NCBI RefSeq assembly: GCF_004010195.1
Contig: NC_057719.1
Location: 40,872,969 to 40,936,968 of the forward strand
Length of the DNA stretch: 64,000 nucleotides
Source: Chiloscyllium plagiosum
Lineage: Eukaryota
Reading direction: 5' to 3'
Shown here: positions 13,013-23,670 of the stretch, piece after piece
Position numbering within the stretch: position 1 is the first letter of the stretch
Layout: each line of letters starts with the position of its first letter
Made by a program: the position numbers and the translations under genes
The notes under the pieces: generated by a model
What the model saw: the letters and a program-made list of their open reading frames with translations, nothing else
Told to the model about the DNA's origin: nothing
Database searches by the model: none

Positions 13013-14808
13013 GGGTTGAGAGTGTGGTGCTGGAAAAGCACAGCAGGTCAAGCAGCATCTGAGGAGTAGGAGAATCAATATTTCGGGCATATGCCCTTCA
13101 CCAGGAATGAGGCTTGTGGGCTGGGGGACTGAGAGATAAATGGGAGGGGGTGGGGCTGGGGGGAAGGTAGCTGAGAATGCAATAGGTAGATGAAGGTGGG
13201 AGAGAAGGTGATAGGTTGGAGAGGAGGGTGGAGTGGATAGATGGGAAAGACGATGGACAGATCAAGGGGGTGGTGCCAAGTTGGAGGCTTGGGATAGGGA
13301 TAAGGTGGAGGGGGGTGGCATGGAATGAGGAAACTGGTGAAATCCGCAGGAGGCAGGGTGGGAGGAGGTGTAGTCATGGGCACCCGCATATACCCCAGCT
13401 ATGCCTGTCTCTTTGTCAGGTACGTGGAACAGTTTTCTTCCGCAGTTACACCAGCACCATCCCACACCTCTTCCTTTGCTGCATTGATGACTGTATCGGT
13501 GCTACCTCGTGCTCTCATGGGGAGGTTGAACAGTTCACCAACTTCACTAGCACCTTTCACCTGAACGTCAAATTCACCTGGACCATTTCAGACACCTTCC
13601 ACCCCTTTCTGGACCTCTCCATCTCCATCAATGGCGAACAACTAAGTATGGACACCTACTAGAAACCCACTGACTCCCACAGCTACCTGGACTACACCTC
13701 CTCCCACCCTGCCTCCTGTAAAAACGCCATCCCTTATTACCAACTCCTCTGTCTCTGCTGCATCTGCTCCCAGAATAACCAATTCCATCATAGAAAATCC
13801 CAGATGGCCGTCTTCTTGATAGATCGCAATTTCCTCTCCCATGTGGTTGACGATGCCCTCCAGCGCACCTCCTCCATTTCCCACACCTCCCACACAACAA
13901 GGACGGAACCCACTGGTCCTCACCTTCCACTTAACCAATCTCTGTACACATTGCCTCATCCTCCGTCACTTCCACCAGTTACAAACAGACCAGACAAATA
14001 GGGACATATATTTCCCTCCCCACCCCTATCAGCGTTCCTGAGAGACAATTCCCTGTGTGACTTCTTTGTCAGATCCATGCCCTCCACTAGCCCACACCCC
14101 ACGTCTGACACCTTCCCTGCCACTGCAAGAAGTGCCAAACCTGCGCCCACACCTCCCCCTCACTTCCGTCCCAAGGCCCCAAAGGATTCTTCCATATCCA
14201 ATAGAAATTTACATGTACCTGTACCAATGTCTTCTACTGCAGCCTATATAGCTTCTTCTACATCCAGGAGAATGGGCGCCACTTGCAGATCGTTTCAGAG
14301 AACATCTCCAGGACACCTGCACCAACCAACCCCACCACCTGAACACTTCAACTCCCCCTCCCACTCCACCAAGGACATACAGGTCCTGGGCCTCCTCCAT
14401 CGACAAACCCTAGCCACCCTATGCCTGGAGGAAGAATGCCTCATTTTCTACCTTGGGACCCTGCAACCACACAGGGTTTATGTGGATTTCACTAGTTTCC
14501 TCATATCCCCCCCCACCTTATCCCTGTCCCAAGCCTCCAACTCGACACCACCCTCTTGACCTGTCCATCAACCTTTCCTATCTATCCGCTCCACCCTCCC
14601 CTACAATCTATCACCTTCTCCCCCACCTCCATCTACCTATCCAGTTCTCAGCTATATTCTCTCCCATTTATCTCTCAGACTCTCTGCCCACAAGCCTCAT
14701 TCCTGGTGAAGGGCTTATGCCCGAAACATCGATTCTCCTGTTCCTCCTTTTCCAGCACCACACTCTCAACACTGTTCTCCAGCATTTGCAGTCCTCACTT
14801 TCTTCCGG
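13013..14808 (+). mobile_element. 5'-truncated Penelope-like element (RT plus GIY-YIG endonuclease remnant) with inverted terminal copy
   Basis: Peptides GVVMGTRIYPSYACLFV, CIDDCIG (YIDD-like), KPTDSHSYLDYTSSHP and HFNSPSHS...LEEECLIFYLGTLQPH. 13013-13350 is the reverse complement of about 14470-14770. TSD agtcat(t/a)gtca at 13002-13012 and 14809-14819. Confidence 0.9.
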
Positions 14809-14919
14809 AGTCATAGTCATCACCAAATAAAATGAAGTCATCAAAGCTATAAAATGTATTGATCTCTGATCCAATTCAGAAAGCAAAAACAAATTTACCT
14901 TACTATGGAAGCGAGTGAC

Positions 14920-16182
14920 TGACTCCATTAGTCTTGTTGGTAACTGTCTCAGGCTGAACTAGACTGTTTACAGTTGGTGTCACAGTTGACCCTGAGATGT
15001 GATTCCAATCATATTTCTGTGCCATCACTAAGGCTGCATTCTGAGAATATTATGCATTTTTGTCTCAGTTTATTTTCAGCCACTTGATAGCTCCAGACTT
15101 GAGTATTTCATGCATTCCCTGGCCAACCTTACACATTCTACTCTCCATACATTTAAGGTCATCCAAAACCCTGCTGCCTGTGTCCTTACTTAGGTTATTA
15201 CTCCTGTTCAGCATCTGTGCTCACATTAGGTCCTGGTTAAGCAATCCCTCAAATTTAAAATGCTCATCTCATGTTTTCATACACCTCATGGCCTCACGTC
15301 TCCCGATCTCACCTTAAGCCCCGAAGTCTGGTCATATACTTGCACTCTGTCAATTATGACATCTTTAACGTTTGCTCTCATTCTCACATTGATGGCTATG
15401 CCTTCAGCAGCCTAGGCTCTGCATTCTGGAATTCTCTTCTGAAATCCCTCCACATCCTCACCTCTCTGGTCAGGCCACATTTGGAGTATTGTGCACAGTT
15501 TTAGGCCCCATATCTTAAAAGTATGTACTGGCCTTAGAGTGTGTTCAGAGGAGGTTCACGAGAATGGTCCCAGGAATGAAAAGTTTAACATATGAGGAAT
15601 GTTTGAGGACTGATTTATACTTAATGGAGTTTAGAAGGATGAGGGGGGATCTAATTGAAACATACAGAATACTGAATGACCTCGGACAGAGTAGATGTTG
15701 GGATGATGTTTCCATTGGTAGGAGAGACTAGGACTCGAGGGCACAGCCTTCGAGTAAAGGGAAGACCTTTTAGAATGGAGAAAAGGAGAAATGTCTTCAG
15801 AGTAGTGAATTTATGAAATTCCTTGTCACAGAAGGCTGTGGAGGCCTGGTCATTGAATATGTTTAAGACTGAGGTATATAAGTTATTGATCAAGGGTTAC
15901 AGGGAGAAAGCGGGAGAATAGGGTTGAGAAACTTATCAGCCATGATTGAAGGGCAGAGCAGACTCAATGGGCTGAATGGCCTAATTTCTGCTCCTATGTC
16001 TTATGGTCTAATGGTCTTTCTTTCTTTATGGTGTACTTTAAGACTTACCTCTGAATGATCTTTTGATCACTTGACCTAATTTCCCCTTATGTGGTTTACT
16101 GACACAGTTTGCTTCACAATGCTAATGTGCCTTTGGAACTTTTCTTTGATTAAAGGTACTATAGGAATACAAGTTGTTGTTG
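14920..16182 (+). mobile_element. Decayed L2-type LINE 3' end, interrupted by a CR1 3' fragment (about 15462-16016)
   Basis: L2-like AFSSLGSAFWNSL codons and a GTTGTTG tail. The insert has LVRPHLEYCAQF (CR1) and a (TTATGGTC)-type tail. Confidence 0.7.
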
Positions 16183-16272
16183 AAATGTGCTGGTCTCGTG
16201 TTGAATACAATAACCATTGCCTCTCAACACATGTTGCTAAGTGGCAATTGTAGTTAGCTGACCAGATAACTT

Positions 16273-16556
16273 TCAGGCGACTCTCTGTGTGGAGTTTGCA
16301 CATTCTCCCCGTGTCTGCGTGGGTTTCCTCCGGGTGCTCCGGTTTCCTCCCACAGTCCAAAAAAAATGTGCAGGTTAGGTGAATTGGTCATGCTAAATTG
16401 CCCGTAGTGTCAGGTGAAGGGGTAAATGTAGGAGAATGGGTCTGGGTGGGTTACGCTTCGGCGGGTCGGTATGGACTTGTTGGGCCGAAGGGTCTGTTTC
16501 CACACTGTAAGTAATCTAATCTAATCTAATCTAATCAAGTAATCTAATCTAATCAA
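16273..16556 (+). mobile_element. HE1/V-SINE-type SINE, 5'-truncated, with (TAATC)n tail
   Basis: Near-consensus central domain with CpGs retained; (TAATC)n at 16512-16556. Confidence 0.9.
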
Positions 16557-17219
16557 GATATAGTCTTCAAAATTTTACACAATGTCCCACTTTATTTGAA
16601 AATGAATATGATCTTTACAAGTAGAAGTGATTGTATACTTTATAAATACAGCATTTCTTTATTGAAACAAAGGCTCCTTTACTCAGATCAGTTTCTACTT
16701 TGTACAAAAATGCTGAATAGCTTTATCAGAGAGTATTTAATAATGTTTATTTAAGACTATAAGTAAATAATGAATGCTGTTAGAATGGTTGATTTAGCAT
16801 CTTGAATGATTTGCATAAAACTACTAAAGAGACACAATTGTGTTCCAGCACAGTTTGAGGGCACAAGGAACAAGAATTCTCTTTTCTGGCTAATGAAGAA
16901 TTCATGGCAATCTTTGTGTTGTGAATGGAAGATAGAAGGAATTAGGGAAGTGGTGGTCACATAGTGTGAATGTATTGCTACCTCAGCTGGCACTGGAGAA
17001 AGGGAGGGAGTAGGAAAAATCAAGGACAGCTGCCAGTTCTCTGTCAAAGTAATGGAGAAATTTTAATTTGCATCATGATTAACTGAAAGCTGCTCATTGA
17101 AGATATTGACAAGGAGGAGCCTTTGACAAGAGAGGCACGGGACAAATCACGCCTGAGCTTCTGTTCCTTGAGAAAGCAGAGATTAGACGGGATTAGTATT
17201 TAGCTCTCCGGTGAGCATT

Positions 17220-17256
17220 TATAAAGGTGACGGAGAGAGGCTGCATTGTTCATTCT
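17220..17256 (+). promoter_or_regulatory. Putative TATA box plus initiator of an internal promoter
   Basis: TATAAAG at 17220-17226 and the Inr-consensus TCATTCT at 17250-17256, with the +1 A at 17252 (32 nt from the first T of the TATA). Lies in repeat-free DNA upstream of the candidate first exon. Confidence 0.45.
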
Positions 17257-17640
17257 TTAAGAGTTAATACAACTTTTGGATACATGGGGATCAGACAGAG
17301 AGGAAGATTCGGAACTGTTTCAGAAATCAACAGCTAAAGATCAAGTTGAGCAGGGAGGGAAACTGACAGTGTAAAGAAGGGAAGATGTACAATATGATAT
17401 TCAAGTCTCTACTGATGAGCTATTTATGTATCTTGATGACTTATGCTCGGCACCACTGCAGTGCCTTTGTTGAGCTCAGCGGTTTATCAGGAGTCACCGT
17501 GTAATCATGTGGAAACCTCAATGATTGCTGCTGGACCAGACTGTCCCTACACATCCTGGATAATGGAGTGTCAAAGGAAAATGGATAGGAAAGTTGTGGT
17601 TTATTGGCTTTATGTGCTGGTTATAAACCCTAACTAGATG

Positions 17641-17657
17641 ATGGATTGGAAAGAACT
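17641..17657 (+). CDS. KIF26A: Candidate alternative first coding exon of KIF26A (MDWKE-L, phase-2 donor)
   Basis: ATG GAT TGG AAA GAA CT is followed by the consensus donor gtaagt (17658-17663). The ATG has a strong Kozak context (A at -3, G at +4) and an in-frame TAG at 17635-17637. CT plus the first base A of exon 19294 gives CTA (Leu), in frame with AAQKLNL. Confidence 0.7.
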
Positions 17658-19293
17658 GTAAGTAAATTCAAGCATCTTTTCCTATATTGATTTACAACAG
17701 TTGACTCCAGACACCTTCATTATATTGGTTATCAATCATATTTAGTAGATTATTCTTTTGGAGTTTTGAAGGAATAAAGAATTTGAGGATTATTTGAGTT
17801 TGTATAAAATATGACCTTTACTTTCCTCTTAATGAACTCATAGAACATTTCATTTTTTAATGTCATTTAAACCCATTGTCTGATTTGATACTGTGATTTT
17901 GATTTCAAATGTAATCTTGTAATTTAAAATTGTTGTTGCCTTTCTGATGTCAGAGGTGGAATCTTGTTCAAAGATACTGATTTAATGCTGGCTCAGAAAA
18001 ATGGCTTCGATCATTACTTCTAAAAGCTTTTATCAAAATAAAAATTCTGCTGTTACTGATAACAAGGAAAGTAATTCAATACTTTTAAATATGATTTCCA
18101 CACCTAAAATAATGAAAGATGATTGAAAATGTCTTTAAGAAGAAATAGAATTCCCTATACTTGATTGAAATTGTAGCAAGTAATCTGATAGTTTTTCCTG
18201 CAACATGCTTTCAACTACAAGAATTGCTTCACCAAAACTTCAGAGTTAGCAGCGGGTTGAAGCTTTGTCTGTCTAACTGAACAGTGGATGTGCAAATGCA
18301 GCCTTTAAGTCCTGTTTCCTTTCACAGTCTCTCCCAAGGGAAATCCTACTCTAGACTTTATTGAAGTAATAATTATTTCATCAGATCTCGTGTATTTCAT
18401 GTCTGTATTTGGACTGGAACCTCCAGAGGCTACAGTTGTCATTTTTATCCAGGATTGACCACTTGCATTGCAGCACATGGTTTACAAAACAGATTTTTGC
18501 ACAATTCAGGGCACGATGCTAATGGTTGTTTTGAAAGTTTAAAATTAAATGTAGCTTTAATAATAAAATTCTGTTACTCGAAAGTGTCCTGTTGGAAAGG
18601 TGAACTTTCACATCTACTCTTCTGTCAATACTGAAAAGCTTGAGTGCTTGATTAGTGATGAATTGACAATTAATTTTTCATCCAAGATCTGAAAATGCAT
18701 TAGTGCTTTCATGTTTTGTTTCATTGAGCAATGCTGTTTTAACGAGCCACTATGGTGCCGAATTATTTATGGCCTGTTGTGTTTGCCTGCTGTTTGCACC
18801 TCTTGAGTAAACCAGAAGCAGAACTGATATAGTAATTAATGGGAAGCTACAAAAGTGACCATTACTATATATTTTTCCAGAAACTGGAGGAATGTGATTC
18901 CTCTGAAATGCAAATAACTTGTTAGATTATAATGTATCGTCTACTCCAGAGTAGTCCATCTGGCCTTATAGTGACAGGAGAATGATTTCAGTTTTTATGG
19001 TGTCACTGAGATTTCTGAAGCCTTGGACTCAGCTGCTGAAGCTGTTCAGCAAGTTATAGTCTAATTGAAACTCTGCTAGGGAGAATTAAGTGAATATTGT
19101 CTTGGCTATATTTCTGCCTGAATCTGCCTATATTAGTCTCTTGACAGAATAGTCCTATGGAATTTGATTAGAATCAAATGAGTTGATTTGTTAAACAGGG
19201 AATGATGACATTGAACATCTGTTTTGTTGGGCCAAATTACATTTCACTCTTAGTAACACAACTGTTTTGTTTTTGTCTCCTTCTATTCTACAG

Positions 19294-19477
19294 AGCAGCA
19301 CAGAAGCTGAATCTCTCTTCAAAGCAAAAGAAAAACCATCCACTTCTCCAGCATTCGCACGAGCTGTCAAACAGCAGAACAAATTTCAGTGGTATTTTGC
19401 AAGTGTCCCCTCCCCCCGCACCACCATGCCTTTTGAGGGCTGTATGTAAAGTCAAGGACAACCCAGGCATTGGAAAG
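19294..19477 (+). CDS. KIF26A: KIF26A internal exon, pre-motor segment ([10 protein letters not shown]...[23 protein letters not shown])
   Basis: Polypyrimidine tract plus cag acceptor; donor AAG|gtatga; 184 nt, phase 2 to 0. The peptide matches the KIF26 pre-motor motif. Confidence 0.95.
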
Positions 19478-19953
19478 GTATGAGCTAAGTCTGCTAACAG
19501 TTGTCTTTGATGCGTGTCACTGCTGAAATCTGTGTAAATATAGATACATTAAATAAATCCTGCATTTCTGTTAAACTTAATTTTAAATGAATATCATTTA
19601 AATATAATAAAACACATCTCTTGATAAAGTTTTATTACTTACAGATCATTTGATGATGTTTTGTAGACATACATTTGTAAACTTCTGGAATGTTCCTGGC
19701 TCCAAGCTGAAAACTGCAGTGCGTATATCACTTTGTAGTGCATTCATAGGGCTAAGTGGAGTCCACCACATTTCTTTATACACGGTCCAAAGTATAATTT
19801 AACACTGGAATTTATAATATGATCTTAACTTTATCAGTATTAATTGGATGCATGATGTTGAATTTCAGAAGACAAGCATTTCCAGTACAGACCCTCACAG
19901 TCAGTTTGCACACTATTTCATCACCCACAGCAAACTCTATTCTGTTATTTACG

Positions 19954-20255
19954 TAGAAACCCTACAGTGTGGAAGAAGGCCATTCGGCCCATCGAGTCCA
20001 CACCAATCCTTCGAAGAGCATTCCACCCAGACCCACCCTTTCTACCCTGTAACCCTGCATTTCCCATGGGTAACCTACATATCCCTGGATGCTACAGGCA
20101 ATTTAGCATGGCCAATCCATCTAACCTGCACATCTTTGGACTGTGGGAGGAAACCGAAGCATCCTGAAGAAACCCACACAGTCACTTGAAACTGAAATCT
20201 AACCCAGGAGGTCTCTGGCACTGTGAGGGAATTATTCTAACCACTGAGCCACCAT
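19954..20255 (-). mobile_element. HE1/V-SINE-type SINE
   Basis: Same SINE family in reverse orientation. Confidence 0.85.
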
Positions 20256-21686
20256 GTCTCTTACAGAGTCTCTTAATGTTAGGTGCTGTTGTTTAAGGAT
20301 GTCCCTGCACACATGCTAAGTACCCCCATTTTAACTGCAACAGTAGATGGAATCTTATTCCTTCCACTTAGTGGGTTTTAGTAACGGGGAAAGGGAGAGG
20401 CCCCTTTTCAATCAGGTGGAAGGGTATCCAGGTGGGACACTGCCACCATTCTACCTCCACTTGTTAATGGAGGCCCTTCAGTGGATAATTAATACCCCAT
20501 TAATAGGTCTCATTCCACCACTGTTGATAATAACCCAGCAGTAGAGGGGAATGCTTGCTTTTCAGGAAATACAACACACAAACTCTGTTCGCATTGTTTG
20601 AGAATTCCCCAGGGCTGGAGGGGTTAGATGGTCCCCTCACTCAAGAAGATGTTTGTACCTGAACAATACCAGTGGCATTGGGAAGGAGGTGGGGGAGCTT
20701 CTCACTGACAGCCACCTCTGTCCTTGCTGCAATTCCCTTTCCACATGCGCCCCTCTCCTGCTATCCCTCACTTCTTGTGGGTGCAGCAGTCATTGTATTC
20801 CCAGTGGCACTGCCATTTGATTGAGGTGCTGGCCTCTGCTTGGCTGGTAGCTCTTGGTAGGCTGGACCTGCACTCCATAGTCCTTGAATCTTCACGTAAG
20901 TCCCGTGACCAGCCTGTCAAGTGTCCAAGTGGATTAAAGTACGTTGAACTTTGCCAGAAAGAGGAAGCCATGCAACTTTCGAGACCCCTGCCACCTCCAT
21001 AAGATTCTGCACTGTGATGTCATGATGAACTATTGGGTGAAAACGTGATGTTTTGGATGAACAATTCTAAGATTGTACTTCTGAAATAAATATTGATTAC
21101 AAAAGGGAACATTCATTTGAAAGTGATATTTAACATAGCCCTGAAGTTTTTGAAGAATGCTTTTCATCAGCAAATAGCAGCTCTGTGCAGTATTATTGAG
21201 TTCCAATTTATACAGAAAAATAGTTAGAAAAGAAGCATAATTCCTCAATCTTTCAATATCTGAACTTTCATTTATCAGTACAATTCTTTTGTGGATAAGT
21301 GATCAGTCCCTTCTAATCTGTTTTTAACAATAAAAATAGTTGATGCAGAATGATTGATCAACCAGCCGAACTTCTGACTCATGTTGTCTACCTAATGACT
21401 CAATTGAGAGACTCATCTGAAATCTAAAGCTGCCTACACTCCCCAAGCCATTAACCTCCACTGCAGGGAATGAGTACATGTTCATTTGCTGTCATTCTTG
21501 CCTCTGAGTCAGAAAGTTACTGCCCCAGTTCAGGATATGTGCACCTACCTTTTGTTGACCTTTTAGTAACCAGTTCCACTTTTTCAAAAGAACTTTCGTT
21601 TTTGTTAGTTGTGGTGTTCACAAAATACTTTGACCTTTTTTTTAGGGGATCTGATATGGTGTTTTTGAAATGCAAATCTTCTCCAG

Positions 21687-21996
21687 CTTTGACTGGGCTG
21701 ATTTTGGTTAAAGTTAACAGCTGGTTTAGAAACTCCGAAAAGTGTTGCCAGCAAAATATAGGTTTAAAGAGACAATATCACAGATTCATTGAATTTCTAC
21801 AGCATGGAAGCAGGCCTTTCGGCCCATCGAGTCCACACTGACTTTGACTAGGCTGATTTTGGTGAAAGTTAACAGCTGGTATAGAAACTCCGAAAAGTGT
21901 TGCCAGCAAAATATAGGTTTAAAGAGACAATATCGCAGATTCATTGAATCTCTACAGCATGGAAGCAGGCCTTTCGGCCCATCAAGTCCACACTGA
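21687..21996 (+). repeat. Tandem duplication, 2 x 155 bp
   Basis: 21687-21841 versus 21842-21996: 6 substitutions, no indels. Confidence 0.95.
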
Positions 21997-22137
21997 CCTT
22001 CAAAGAATATCCCACCCACTCCCACCCTCCACCCTATCCCTGTAACCTTGCTTCCCCATGCTAATCCATCTAACCTGCATATCCCTAGAACTATGGAAAA
22101 TTTAGCATGGCCAATCCACCTAACCTGCATATCTTTA
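21936..22137 (-). mobile_element. HE1/V-SINE-type SINE, 3' half
   Basis: AATTTAGCATGGCCAATCCACCTAACCTGCA and the GGCCTTTCGGCCCATC tail. Confidence 0.8.
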
Positions 22138-23542
22138 TGTTTGATTTTTCTCAGAATATCTGAAATATTCTGATCTAAGTGGAGGCTAGTGATGGCATTG
22201 TTAGAGTTGAATGCAAGCTTTTGCTGCTGTCCAGGCCTTTTGATTGATACAAGGATTTGGATCTTTTGTCTGACTAACATCTGGAGTTATGAATACATCC
22301 ATGGGATCCGATGAACCAGTAAACCAAATGATGATATAGATAACATAAGGTGATCATGGATGAATCAGAAGACCAGAGTCTCATTGAAGGTGATTGAGGC
22401 AAGCAGTTGGGGATAGGCATCATCTTGAAGAAAAACAACAATCAGCCATGTAATTTGGAATTCTCTCAGTTATTTGGCAATACACAAATATTCAACATAG
22501 GAAGTTGTTCAATAATTTGTGCTGCACATATAAGACAGTTATATTTTAATTAGAAGTAACATATCATAAGCAAAATATTTTTTATATAGATACAAATAAG
22601 TTTGTAATATGGATGAACAGAACCTGATGTTTATTCATCATACGCACAGTTATACAAATAATTTGTACAATTAGTTCTTAAGTACAACTGAAGTTAATTG
22701 TTTAAAGTTCTATATTGTTCAGCATTCATCCCATTTAGACAGTTCCATTTATGACAGCTTATTAAAAAAACAAAGTCCATTAATTCAAAATTGGGACTAT
22801 TTTACTTTTTTTTCTTACATAAATAAGTGATTCATGATGAAGATAATTTTCCTCCTCACAGCCACTGGCACTTGACATTTACTACATTTTTTTTCAATCC
22901 AGAACATGTCTGCATGTAATTTAAGATCTAACTGTTTTGTTCACTGTGAATATATTGGTGCTAAATCAAAACTTAACTTTTAATGTCAAATGAAAATGCA
23001 GGTAACAAGGATAATGGAGAAATTAACATCACTTCAGATCATGGCAAATTAAAATCCAATTGAATTCTCCATGGTTACAACTGTAGACTGCCTTCTGATG
23101 AAAGTGATGGAAATGTTGCATTTACATATTGAATACAAACCATGCCCTGCACTATTACACTGGTAAAAAGAAAAAGAAGTACAAAACACTAATCAAGAAT
23201 ATCTATTATGCTGATCTCATTGTTCTAAGATTCATTTCGTGGTCAGGAACTTTCAGTTGCACTGTTATCTTGACACCTTGTCAATGAGGTAGTTGCTAAA
23301 CATGCCAGTGTTCAAAACAAGCCAATGTAGCTTGTTTACATTCTGCCCAATATCTTTCCAAATGAGAAGGTAAATTGAGTGAAGTATTTAATAAGCAGAT
23401 GATCTGCCGCTGTTCATCTTCAGCCCCTGGCAAAATAGAAAATTACCATATTTCTCAATGCTTGACCTCTGTAGAAATCTGTCCATCCCTTTTCATCCAT
23501 GACTCCAAATGGTTCATGTGAACTCATCTTGACTGCACTTTT

Positions 23543-23670
23543 GGATCAGTGGTGCTGGAAGAGCACAGCAATTCAGGCAGCATCCGAGGACAGGCAAAAT
23601 CGACGTTTCGGGCAAAAGCCCTTCATCAGACCTGGCTCGCAGGTTGGGCAGACTTTAATCCCGCTAAAAA
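23543..23670 (-). mobile_element. Penelope-like terminal fragment with intact hammerhead core plus 41 nt of unassigned sequence
   Basis: Minus strand reads CTGATGA-A-GGGC-TTTT-GCCC-GAAACGTC (23602-23629). Perfect 15-bp TSD cttgactgcactttt at 23528-23542 and 23671-23685. Confidence 0.85.

Noticed and set aside
16512..16556. (TAATC)n as a CRISPR-like or telomeric array
   Set aside because: Simple SINE 3' tail with no spacers, in a eukaryotic context.
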